A stretch of DNA of 64,000 bases, from the NCBI GenBank assembly GCA_947589475.1, contig CANQBO010000003.1, forward strand, positions 2,837 to 66,836. The letters run 5' to 3'. A model generated the notes under the pieces. It was not told where the DNA came from and did not search any database. It saw only the letters and a list, made by a program, of their open reading frames with translations. The position numbers and the translations under genes were made by a program. Shown here one piece after another: positions 19,801 through 27,535 of the stretch (position 1 is its first letter; every line of letters starts with the position of its first letter). This stretch comes from an uncultured Clostridia bacterium. Lineage in GTDB: Bacteria > Bacillota > Clostridia > Christensenellales > CAG-917.

Positions 19801-19940
19801 TCGAAATTGTCGTCATGGCGTGGTGGCACCCGTTCGTGCTGATTATAGGCTCGATGTTGCTCACGCTCATCGCGGGACTCATTCCCGCCGTCATTGCCGC
19901 AAAGAAACAGCCCGTCATCGCGCTCAGAACGGAAGGCTAG
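16860..19940 (+). CDS. Fused ABC ATPase plus FtsX/MacB-type permease with a large extracytoplasmic domain
   Basis: Walker A GPSGCGKTT, signature MSGGQVQRVAIARA and Walker B LLLADEPTGAID. An acidic linker carries three ENTESV repeats. The C-terminus has the FtsX motif REIGILRALGSRK and four TM segments. Confidence 0.9.
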   Translation: MLQLKNIKKVYGDEGNMVRALKGINISFRECEFVSILGPSGCGKTTLLNIIGGLDVATEGDLIFDGVSTKGFNDADWDDYRNSKIGFVFQSYNLIPHLTVLDNVALALTISGITGEERIRRATEAIEMVGLKEQIHKLPNQMSGGQVQRVAIARAMVMQTPLLLADEPTGAIDSETSVQVMELLKDISKTRLVIMVTHNSELAEKYSTRIVKVLDGEIISDSDPYDPDAKTEENTESVSDGAESGEFEEITPENAIYKNTESVLNSDFARSQGENTESVLAENTEYNEGKGKARKGKNSVARKERKGKRTTMSFGAAAKISWRNLRSKRGRSVLTAIAGSIGIICIAIILAINNGFSQYIAKFEKQSLSKYPITVTTDEDNVTSLLGNLQQQLVPGTEGMNVFEMLGSVDENDNNTNKFPADKWFTVYDMFVNMLKDFSNQKTNDISRFKKYAEGMDPAWGDVKYDYSINLDIYRRDVTVAEETETETINYTKINPLSQSDVFMMLIGMLADTEFSEAIQLMDTFPFWDELVGDDETILAQYDLIYGEMPKDEHDIVLVVNEYNRISDFDALALGEYGDPSKPNDIRLGEFINSVREGKEVFADYKKLFEEASKLDFRVLKPSAAVHDDGNEKYSNLIEKTSDDPTLKEVLESEEGTIPLKISGILRPKPDLKDGCIKGVIGYSSMLAKIIMEDAENSYYVTEMTERLANSRAFNAALTKIAPIYTKLNDMTLTEEEKAKIKEEAGVTDEDMDIFNKGLSNQLKTTDLVTGDKLAPDMMDLLNLAFNPSGVLEKLTGYANAIDACEKFMYRLNLRDPDKPSYIYIYAGNVESKDKIVDFVNKFNAEVDAEEKALEAQTDPVTGEYIDLDYTHVVKCINELDSIVNDMDDMVNTITYILIAVALVSVIVTMFLIAIIMYISVQDRTREIGILRALGSRKLDISNIFNVETLILGLISGVIGVVMAFILQFPGNAITAATLNLEIVVMAWWHPFVLIIGSMLLTLIAGLIPAVIAAKKQPVIALRTEG

Positions 19941-20285
19941 ACCCACGACATTTGGCGAAGTCGCAATCGGACGTTTGTTTTGAGAGCGCACTACGTTTTC
20001 GGAGGCTTCGACATTGCCGAGTAACTTCTTAGTCGATAAAACAATTCAAACAGCAAAGAGGCGGCCGCACAGCGGTCGTCTCTTTGTAAGGGGGAGATTA
20101 TGTTTGTCATAAGTTGACAAATTTTATTTGTTTGTTGGGGGATCCGACAGCGATTTTTTTGCAGATCGGCCGAGGCGGATCGTTCCTCTTTTATCGCTTT
20201 CGCTTTGTACGTTTGCAAGTCGTTTGTTTTTGCCGTGAACAGCCGTCAAGGGCAAAACTTGCATAACGTCGTGAGTTTTAGACGC

Positions 20286-20975
20286 TTATTTCTCATTCAT
20301 CACAAGCTTGTCGAGGGGATTGACGCTTTCGCCATTCTTGTACATTTCGAAGTGCAGATGTGCGCCGTCCTCCATTTCCTCGCCCTGCGAGTCGGACATC
20401 TTGCCGAGAAGTTGACCCTGTTGTACGGTGTTTCCGACTTTGAAGTCGCCCGTGTTTTGAAGGGACTTATATTTTGTGACATAACCTTCATCGTGCTCGA
20501 TGGCGATGTAGTAGCCGTTGAGTTCGTCATACCCGACTTCGGAAATTTTGCCGTCCGCCGCGGCGTACACGTTGAGGTCGTCCGAGACGAAGTCTATTCC
20601 CATATGCACCGCCCATTGATCGAGAGTACTGCTGAACACAAGTTCGTCATGGGCGTATTCCACAGATAGAGACCCGTTGCAGGGCATATTGAATGTGAGT
20701 TGTTTGGGCGGTTCGGGCTGTTGTTCGCCGGGATCTTCGCTTCCCGGGTCTTCTCCGCCGGGAGTAGTGCCGCCGGGATTTTCGCCGCCGCTCGGACCTT
20801 CGGGCTGAAGCGTCTGATTGTCGTTTACGGACAGATCGGACGACGCGGTGTTCCTTGTGACGGCAAGTGCAATGACCGTGGCGACGGACGCTATGCACAA
20901 AACGATAAGAAAGTAGAATGCGTTGCGCTTCAAAAAGCCGCCAAAACGCTTCATTGCAACTGAAAATTTACTCAT
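20286..20975 (-). CDS. M23/LytM-family metallopeptidase with N-terminal membrane anchor
   Basis: GGAGGT lies 7 nt before the ATG at 20975. The anchor is FYFLIVLCIASVATVIALAV. The C-terminus has HMGIDF ... GAHLHFEMYKNGESVNPL. Confidence 0.85.
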   Translation of the reverse strand: MSKFSVAMKRFGGFLKRNAFYFLIVLCIASVATVIALAVTRNTASSDLSVNDNQTLQPEGPSGGENPGGTTPGGEDPGSEDPGEQQPEPPKQLTFNMPCNGSLSVEYAHDELVFSSTLDQWAVHMGIDFVSDDLNVYAAADGKISEVGYDELNGYYIAIEHDEGYVTKYKSLQNTGDFKVGNTVQQGQLLGKMSDSQGEEMEDGAHLHFEMYKNGESVNPLDKLVMNEK

Positions 20976-21261
20976 TTTTGTACCTCCGATTTGCATTGAT
21001 TATTGACTGCTCGGCGGAGTTTATACACATTGAAGGAAAAATTTTTGACGGAGCGGGCAAATATACGCATAAATTATGCCTTTATATGAGCGCGTCGCGT
21101 GGCATCGGTTTGGGTTTTAGATACAGCGAGCGCTTTTATACGTGCGGCAATGACACGCAATACTTGTTTCCTTAAAACAAAGGACGCAATACAAAATCAT
21201 ATATAAAAATCGTATATAAAAAAAATTTTGACACTTTGTATAAAAAGAGTATAATAAAGAT

Positions 21262-22785
21262 ATGAAAACGATACATTGCTCACTTTTTGAATTTATGCGA
21301 GACTATCATGCTAAGGACGATCAGCTTGCCGTCAAGTGCCGCTCTAAAGAGATGCGCTTTAAGGAACTGTTTAAAGAGATAGACCGCGTGGCGGCGGGGC
21401 TTTTCGCTATGGGCGTGAGGAAGGGAGACGCGGTGATGCTCGCGCTTCCCAACATAATCCAAAACGTCGTGGCGGTGTACGCGTGCTCGCGAATAGGCGC
21501 TGTGGCGGCGATGATACACCCGCTGTATTCGCCCGACGAGTTCGAGGCGGCGGTGAAAAAAATATCGCCCAAGGTGGTTTTTCTCTCCGACATCAATCTT
21601 AAAAAGTTCGGGGACAGGATAGGCGGCGTGCGCCGCGTCATATGCCCATATCTTGCGTACGGCTTTTTGGGACTCAAGCGCGGCAAGGGTTTCGAGGAAT
21701 ATTTCGGCGACGGCGAAGAGGATATGTTCTATATGCAATCGGGCGGCACCTCGGGCGTGCCAAAGACAATAGTGCTCTCTTCGCGTGCCGTCAACGCCAT
21801 GGTGGACAACCTTATGTCTCTGCTGGGCGACCGTTTTAATGAAAAAAATCGCATGCTTGCCGTCATGCCCATGTTCCACGGTTTCGGACTTTGCATAGGC
21901 GTACACGCCTCCTTAAGCCTGAATATGGGTTGCGTGCTGATGTCGCGCTTCAACACCGAAAAGTGCGCGAAGATCATATCCAAAGAGCGCATAACCACTA
22001 TGCTCGCCGTGCCGAGAATGATATATAAACTTCTCGCCTACGACAAATTCAGAGGGGACGCGGTCAGCAGTCTCGAGGACGTCTATGTCGGCGGAGATAC
22101 CGTCCCCGACGAGCTTGTAAAAGCGTTTGAAACGCGCATGAAGGAAAGCGGCTCCTCGGCAAAACTCTCCCCCGGATACGGCCTTACGGAGACAGTCACG
22201 GTGTGCGCTCTCACAAAGCGCGGCGATTTCATAGAAGGCTCGCTCGGCTTCCCCATAGGCGATACCAAAGTCAGGATCGTCGACGATACGCTTTCTCCGC
22301 TTCCCGCGGGAGAGAGGGGAGAGCTTCTGATTGCGGGCAGTCAGCTCATGAGCGGCTACCTCGGCGACGAAGAGGCGACAAGGGCGGCTATGCCCGTCAT
22401 CGACGGCGAGACATGGGTCAAAACGGGCGACATTTTCAGCATGGACTCCGAGGGCAGATTGTTCTTCTTCGGAAGAAAAAAACGTCTCATCAAAATATCC
22501 GGCATAAACGTTTTTCCCTCCGACATAGAGGGCGCGGCGAGCGAGCTTGACTTTGTGCACGAGGCGGTCGCGCTCGAATATAGAGAGGGAGGCAAGCCTT
22601 TCATCCGCCTGCTCGTGGAGGGGGATCTCAGCGAGGCGCAAAAGCAAGAGGTCATCGCCCACATAGCAAAGCGCCTTTCAAAATGGAACATTCCGCGCGA
22701 GGTCGTGTGCCTCGACTCCTTCCCGCGCACAAGCGTAGGCAAGACGGACATCAAAGTCCTCGAAGCCGAGTACGGCGTAAAGTAA
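21262..22785 (+). CDS. AMP-binding enzyme (acyl-CoA synthetase/ligase family)
   Basis: AMP-binding motif YMQSGGTSGVPKT, plus GYGLTET, TGDIFSMDSEGRLFFFGRKK and a C-terminal GKTD. Confidence 0.85.
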   Translation: MKTIHCSLFEFMRDYHAKDDQLAVKCRSKEMRFKELFKEIDRVAAGLFAMGVRKGDAVMLALPNIIQNVVAVYACSRIGAVAAMIHPLYSPDEFEAAVKKISPKVVFLSDINLKKFGDRIGGVRRVICPYLAYGFLGLKRGKGFEEYFGDGEEDMFYMQSGGTSGVPKTIVLSSRAVNAMVDNLMSLLGDRFNEKNRMLAVMPMFHGFGLCIGVHASLSLNMGCVLMSRFNTEKCAKIISKERITTMLAVPRMIYKLLAYDKFRGDAVSSLEDVYVGGDTVPDELVKAFETRMKESGSSAKLSPGYGLTETVTVCALTKRGDFIEGSLGFPIGDTKVRIVDDTLSPLPAGERGELLIAGSQLMSGYLGDEEATRAAMPVIDGETWVKTGDIFSMDSEGRLFFFGRKKRLIKISGINVFPSDIEGAASELDFVHEAVALEYREGGKPFIRLLVEGDLSEAQKQEVIAHIAKRLSKWNIPREVVCLDSFPRTSVGKTDIKVLEAEYGVK

Positions 22786-22852
22786 GACCCTATGCGGTAC
22801 TCGCCCACGTCTCGGCAAAGGGCGCTTTGCCCTTTGGGTCCCAAGCTAAAAA

Positions 22853-22891
22853 CGCGAGCTAGGCAAATATTTGCCGTCGCTCGCGTTTTTT
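22853..22891 (+). terminator. Rho-independent terminator after the AMP-binding enzyme gene
   Basis: CGCGAGC (22853-22859) pairs with GCTCGCG (22879-22885) and is followed by TTTTTT (22886-22891). A nested GGCAAATATTTGCC hairpin sits in the loop. Confidence 0.7.
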
Positions 22892-22938
22892 GATTGATTG
22901 CAAGTGCCAAACTCCTGCGTGCGAGCTTGATATTTACG

Positions 22939-22966
22939 TTGCATTGACAGAGAGTTTATTTATAAT
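22939..22966 (+). promoter_or_regulatory. Strong sigma-A-like promoter with no downstream CDS
   Basis: TTGCAT (22939-22944), a 16-nt spacer, then TATAAT (22961-22966). An overlapping TTGACA lies at 22944-22949. Confidence 0.45.
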
Positions 22967-22968
22967 GT

Positions 22969-23009
22969 GACCCCCACCACCCGCGAAAATTTCGCGGGTG
23001 GTGGGGGTC
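22969..23009. repeat. 41-nt perfect palindrome (20-bp arms)
   Basis: GACCCCCACCACCCGCGAAA-A-TTTCGCGGGTGGTGGGGGTC. No adjacent T-run. Confidence 0.9.
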
Positions 23010-23145
23010 CCTGACTTATAACGAAAACTTTGTCTGAGCGCACTTATATACACGTCGTCTGCCGTGGTCGAGCGACTTCAAGCGGTTGTTATTCGCAAGG
23101 TTTTATTTTTCAAAAACAAAATAGACCCGTCGGGGGTCTTTTTTG
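22973..23145 (+). ncRNA. Candidate small RNA of about 170 nt (promoter-to-terminator unit, family unknown)
   Basis: It is bounded by the promoter at 22939-22966 and the terminator at 23123-23145. It begins with the 20-bp hairpin. The only ORF inside (23030..23242) lacks an RBS and any recognisable motif. Confidence 0.3.
23123..23145. terminator. Bidirectional intrinsic terminator (spoVG on the minus strand, candidate sRNA on the plus strand)
   Basis: AGACCC-GTCG-GGGTCT is followed by TTTTTT on the plus strand. On the minus strand the same hairpin is followed by ATTTTGTTTTT. Confidence 0.65.
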
Positions 23146-23227
23146 TTTGTCGTTTGTAAAGGTGCAAATTGAAGCGTCAGATCAGGGAAGGCTATTGCAG
23201 AATTTTGCAAACGTGGCCGAGTTGCAA

Positions 23228-23497
23228 TTATGCTTCTTCTAAGGCTTTTCGATATTCCTTGAGAATGAGATCTCTCAGATGCTCGCGGGTCTCTGTGTTG
23301 ATGGGATGGGCTATGTCTTTGAAGTCCCCTGCGGGAGTCTTTCTGGAGGGCATTGCAATAAATTCGCCGGAATCGCCTGCGATTATCTTAATGTCATGGA
23401 TTGCAAAACAGCCGTCAATGATGATCGATGCTACAGCTTTGAGCTTTGAACCGTCTAAGGTCACAAGCCTGATCTTGATGTCCGTGATATTGAGCAT
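23228..23497 (-). CDS. spoVG: Septation protein SpoVG
   Basis: MLNITDIKIRLV...KAVASIIIDGCFAIHDIKIIAGDSGEFIAMPSRKTPAGDFKDIAHPIN is the canonical SpoVG sequence. Confidence 0.95.
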   Translation of the reverse strand: MLNITDIKIRLVTLDGSKLKAVASIIIDGCFAIHDIKIIAGDSGEFIAMPSRKTPAGDFKDIAHPINTETREHLRDLILKEYRKALEEA

Positions 23498-23689
23498 ACA
23501 TTCCTCCTTTGGCTATATTTTATTACTATACAAATCTTATCATACAATTTGTAGTTTATCAATAGAATTTTCACTTTTTGCACAGATTTTTCACATTTTT
23601 AATAAAAGTATATGAAAATTGTTTACAAATTAAACAAAATTTTGAGAATTTTTTTTGTCAAATATGAGAGTAGGCGCATATAGTGGGGC

Positions 23690-25090
23690 GTGGCGAGAAT
23701 ACATTTTGTGGGAATAAGCGGCGTAGGGATAAACGCGCTCGCGAAGTTTGCGGCTCAGATGGGATTTGAAGTCAGCGGTTCCGACGCGCGTTTGGACCCG
23801 TCCGTGACAGCGATAGAGGGGGACATATACGAAGGGGTGCGCCCGTCTGCCGTAGACGGCGCGAATATGCTTGTGCATACGCTTGCGGCAAGCGAAAGAC
23901 ATCCCGAAATAGCGCGCGCGAGGGAGCTTGGCATACCCGTCCTGCCCAGGCACATCATGCTTAAGGAAGTGTCAAAGCTGTTTGAGAGAAGCGTCGCCGT
24001 CGCGGGCACGCATGGCAAGACGACGACCACGGCTATGCTCACCCACATACTCCACCGCTGTCAAAAAAAATTTGTGTCAATGATAGGCGGGGAGTGCGTT
24101 GATTTCTCGAATTTTGTCAACAATAACATAGCGCTCGACTTGACCGAGCAAATGAGGAGGGGTTTTATAAGGCGTTGCGCGGGCGAGGACTGCGCAGCAT
24201 ATTCCGCGCTGAGGGACAAAATCGTCGTGGGCGGAGGAATATTTGTGACGGAAGCATGCGAATATATGCGCGGCTTTTTGAGTCTCAAGCCGTATATAGG
24301 TTTGGCGACGAGCGTCGACTTCGACCATCCCGACTGTTATAAGTCTCGGGAGGATGTGCGCGCCGCGTTCGACGAGTTTCTTGACGGATGTCGCGTCGGG
24401 ATATTCGAGGCGGGGACGGCATACGGCGAATATACGGTGGCGATAGAGGGCGGCGGCGTGAGTTCGAAGCTGTCTTTGAACGGAGCGCGCGAGGTGCGCA
24501 TAGACGGCAAATTCGCGTGCGACCTAAAGCTTCCCATGGGAGGGGAATACAACTTGCGCAACGCTCTGTTTGCGATCGCGGCGGCATACGCGCTTGGCAT
24601 TTCGCCGAATGAGAGCGCGCGGACGCTCCTCGACTTCGCGGGCGTAAAGCGGCGCTTCGAGCGAGCGGGAAGCATTTTGGGAGTCCCCGTATACTTCGAT
24701 TTCGCGCATCATCCGACGGAGATCGCCTGCGCGCTTGAGAGAGCGAATGAAGATGGAAGCACGCTTGTCGTCTTTCAGCCGCATACTTACAGTCGCACGA
24801 AGGCGTACCTCGACGGTTTTGTAAAAGTGCTGAGCGAGGGGGACGGCGCGCTCATACTCGTTCCCACATATGCCGCGCGCGAGACAAAAGAGGACGGCGT
24901 AGACATAGACGTCCTAGAGGCGGCGATAAAGGAAAAATTTCCGAATAAGCTCGTGTTTGATGCGAAGGATCTCGACGACGCGCTGAAACTTGCCCGCATG
25001 CTCGCGCCCCTGCACAAGACAGTGCTAATGCTCGGCGCGGGAGACATATATTCGCTTAAGAGCAGGGCTAAGGACGGATACAGAAAGTGA
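23690..25090 (+). CDS. murC: UDP-N-acetylmuramate--L-alanine ligase
   Basis: IHFVGISGVGINALAKF, GTHGKTTTTAMLTHIL and a C-terminal Mur-ligase domain. The start codon is GTG. Confidence 0.9.
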   Translation: MARIHFVGISGVGINALAKFAAQMGFEVSGSDARLDPSVTAIEGDIYEGVRPSAVDGANMLVHTLAASERHPEIARARELGIPVLPRHIMLKEVSKLFERSVAVAGTHGKTTTTAMLTHILHRCQKKFVSMIGGECVDFSNFVNNNIALDLTEQMRRGFIRRCAGEDCAAYSALRDKIVVGGGIFVTEACEYMRGFLSLKPYIGLATSVDFDHPDCYKSREDVRAAFDEFLDGCRVGIFEAGTAYGEYTVAIEGGGVSSKLSLNGAREVRIDGKFACDLKLPMGGEYNLRNALFAIAAAYALGISPNESARTLLDFAGVKRRFERAGSILGVPVYFDFAHHPTEIACALERANEDGSTLVVFQPHTYSRTKAYLDGFVKVLSEGDGALILVPTYAARETKEDGVDIDVLEAAIKEKFPNKLVFDAKDLDDALKLARMLAPLHKTVLMLGAGDIYSLKSRAKDGYRK

Positions 25091-25129
25091 TACATGGGGC
25101 GAGAAACGGACAAAAATTCGCGCGAAAGA

Positions 25130-25370
25130 TGTCGAAAGAAAACATATGCGCTTTATGAAAAATTTTGTCGAAATTATTCTGCCTCACATGTGGACTTGAG
25201 CGACTTCAAAAAGCGAGACTTAAAACACCGACCGAAGTACTTGTCGAAAAATGTCGCAAACATAAATGAGTACGGCGCAAAATAAATGTCGAAAAAGCGC
25301 ATACACATTGTCGAAAGTTGTCGTCGAAATTGTCGAATATTGTGACCGTACGCTGTCGAATCGGGTCGAG
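25130..25370 (+). promoter_or_regulatory. Array of same-strand TGTCGAA heptamers (Spo0A '0A-box' sequence): 7 perfect and 3 near-perfect
   Basis: Perfect TGTCGAA copies start at 25130, 25166, 25242, 25287, 25309, 25331 and 25354. Variants are TGTCGCA at 25252, CGTCGAA at 25322 and GGTCGAG at 25364. All lie on the + strand in the 500-nt non-coding gap between murC and the flippase gene. Confidence 0.6.
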
Positions 25371-25592
25371 ATATGACAAAAGACGCGAGCCGGATTCGAC
25401 GCGGTCGGAAAAATTTCGAAAGCGCTATATCGCAGAAAATGCACTTTAACATGCAAAAATGCGCATATAAAACATATGTTGCGTCATTTTAATATGCTTG
25501 CTCTTGCATTTGAGAATTCTCATATGAAGATGTGGACGTCCTTTGATATGCGCTTTTGACATATATTCGGTTTAAGCAAAATATCATATGGT

Positions 25593-27161
25593 GTGAACAA
25601 GACTGTCAAGGCGTTTTCCGTTGTGACGGGCTTTGCCGTTGTGACAAGGCTTTTGTCGTTTATATTCAAGATATGGGTGTCGCGCGCGCTCGGAGCGGGC
25701 ACGGTGGGGCTGTATCAAATCGCAAACAGCGTGATGATGACGCTCTTTACGGTGACTTCGGGCGCGCCTACGGTGCTCTCCCGCAAGATCGCGGAGGCGA
25801 GTGGGGACATTAAACGGCAAAACTCGCTCACCACTGCGTCTTTAATAGTCGGAACGCTGTTTTCGGGCGTCGTCGTCGCGCTTTTTTACGCTTTCAAAAG
25901 TCATCTCGGCTTCCTCTTTTCGGACGAGAGGTGCCTGCCGATATTTCTCATTTTATTGCCCACTCTTGTGACCTCGGGAATTTACGCATGTTTCAGAAGC
26001 TGGTTCTGGGGGCGCAAAAACTTCCTCGCATTCTCATCTACGGAGCTTTTGGACGAGATCGTGCGTATGATACTTTCCATAGTATTTGCGGGCGGAATAG
26101 TGAGTTTTGTAGACGGCGCGCAGGGCATCGCGCTTGCGGTGACGCTTTCGGACGCGCTGTGCGTAGTCGTGCTCGGCGTGCTGTACGGAATATCGGGTGG
26201 CAGACTGAGCGCTCCGTCGGGATTTAAAGAGCTGACTTTGAGCGCCGTCCCTCTCAGCGCGACGCGCATAATCACGTCCGTAACCGCATCGGTGACAGCG
26301 CTCGCTCTGCCGCAGATTTTGGTCAAGGGAGGCATGAGCGTGGCGGAGGCGACCGCGGAGTACGGGCGTATCGCGGGCATGGCGATCCCCCTCATCATGG
26401 CGCCCGTCATGCTTGTAAGCTCGCTCTCCATAGTGCTCATTCCGGACGTCGCCTCTCTCAAGGCGTCGGGACAGACGGACGCGGTGCGCAGAAAGGTGAT
26501 GAGCGCGGTCAACTTTGCCATGCTTGTAGCCTGCATTTTTTTCGTGCTGTATATGCCGCTCGGCAGGCACGTCGGCGCGTTGCTGTTTAATGACGCGAGG
26601 GCGGGGGAGCTTGTGTCGAATTGCTCGTTTATGCTGTTTTTCATCGTTATGGCGCAGGTGACGACTCCTATGCTCAACTCTTTGGGACGGGAAAAGACGA
26701 CGTTTTTGAATTCGCTTGCGGGCGCCGCCGTAATGATGCCTTGCACGTTGCTTTTGCCGCGCTATGTGGGCGTGTACGCAATGGCGATAGGTTCGGCGAG
26801 CTGTTTTTTGGTCATATCCGCGCTCAACCTCGTCGCGCTTTCTAAGAGAGTCGGGAGTTTTTTGGAAGGCGGAAAAATGCTCAAATGTCTGCTGTTTTCA
26901 ATTCCTCTCGCATTTTTGGGCGTGTTTGCGGACAGGCTTATCACCGCGGCGGCGGGAGGGCTTGTGAGCACGCTTACGCTTGCCGTACTGCTTATATTTT
27001 TGCTGTTCATCTTCATTCACGCCTTCAAGATCGCGGACATATCCTCCGTGATAAGACTGCTTCGTCCCGCGTATACAAGCAAAGCGGGAGCCTCTCGCAA
27101 GTCGCGCGTACGCGCCGCGAAAGCCTCCCACAAGCGTCGGGGGAAGGGCAGTTGTGCCTAA
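25593..27161 (+). CDS. MOP-superfamily polysaccharide/lipid II flippase (SpoVB/MurJ-like)
   Basis: The start codon is GTG. The N-terminus is VVTGFAVVTRLLSFIFKIWVSRALGAGTVGLYQIANSV. There are about 14 hydrophobic segments and a basic C-terminal tail. Confidence 0.8.
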   Translation: MNKTVKAFSVVTGFAVVTRLLSFIFKIWVSRALGAGTVGLYQIANSVMMTLFTVTSGAPTVLSRKIAEASGDIKRQNSLTTASLIVGTLFSGVVVALFYAFKSHLGFLFSDERCLPIFLILLPTLVTSGIYACFRSWFWGRKNFLAFSSTELLDEIVRMILSIVFAGGIVSFVDGAQGIALAVTLSDALCVVVLGVLYGISGGRLSAPSGFKELTLSAVPLSATRIITSVTASVTALALPQILVKGGMSVAEATAEYGRIAGMAIPLIMAPVMLVSSLSIVLIPDVASLKASGQTDAVRRKVMSAVNFAMLVACIFFVLYMPLGRHVGALLFNDARAGELVSNCSFMLFFIVMAQVTTPMLNSLGREKTTFLNSLAGAAVMMPCTLLLPRYVGVYAMAIGSASCFLVISALNLVALSKRVGSFLEGGKMLKCLLFSIPLAFLGVFADRLITAAAGGLVSTLTLAVLLIFLLFIFIHAFKIADISSVIRLLRPAYTSKAGASRKSRVRAAKASHKRRGKGSCA

Positions 27162-27535
27162 ATGATGTCCTCGAGATTGAAGTCGAGTATGCGATGCAGG
27201 TTTGCGGACATCACAAGCAGCGACTGTATCTTTGATTGCGCGTTTTGAAAGTCGTCGCTCTCAAGCGAGCCTTCCGTCTCGCCCAAAGCCACCGAGAATG
27301 CCCTTAGGTCGGGCGAGTAGGTGAAAAGCTCCATATATCCGCGCTGTTTTTCCCACCACGCGGTGAGCGAGCGTATGCTCCTCAATGCCTCGTCGTCCTC
27401 AGCGTGCACAAGCTCTTCCGCTTCGCCGAGTTTGGCGTCGAGCGTGGAAAACACTTTGTCCACGTACACGTTTTCGAGTATGCCCGCCGTGATTATGACT
27501 AGGAGTATTACTATGGCGATCACGACTTTTTTCAT
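27158..27535 (-). CDS. DUF4363-family protein
   Basis: N-terminal anchor MKKVVIAIVILLVIITAGILENVYV, then ...WWEKQRGYMELFTYSPDL. It overlaps the upstream DUF421 gene by 4 nt, the usual DUF421/DUF4363 pairing. Confidence 0.7.
   Translation of the reverse strand: MKKVVIAIVILLVIITAGILENVYVDKVFSTLDAKLGEAEELVHAEDDEALRSIRSLTAWWEKQRGYMELFTYSPDLRAFSVALGETEGSLESDDFQNAQSKIQSLLVMSANLHRILDFNLEDII

Noticed and set aside
23030-23242. 70-aa ORF in the spoVG-proximal intergenic region
   Set aside because: It has no SD sequence, it runs through the bidirectional terminator into spoVG antisense sequence, and its translation has no motifs. The region is treated as a candidate non-coding RNA instead.
25094-25285. 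63-aa ORF inside the TGTCGAA array region
   Set aside because: It has no RBS, its composition is Lys/Arg-rich, and its codons are dictated by the repeated heptamers. The region is better explained as non-coding regulatory DNA.
25130-25370. Possibility that the heptamer array is a CRISPR array or a tandem repeat
   Set aside because: The repeat unit is only 7 nt, spacings are irregular (22-76 nt), and the intervening sequences are not uniform in length. No cas genes are in the window.
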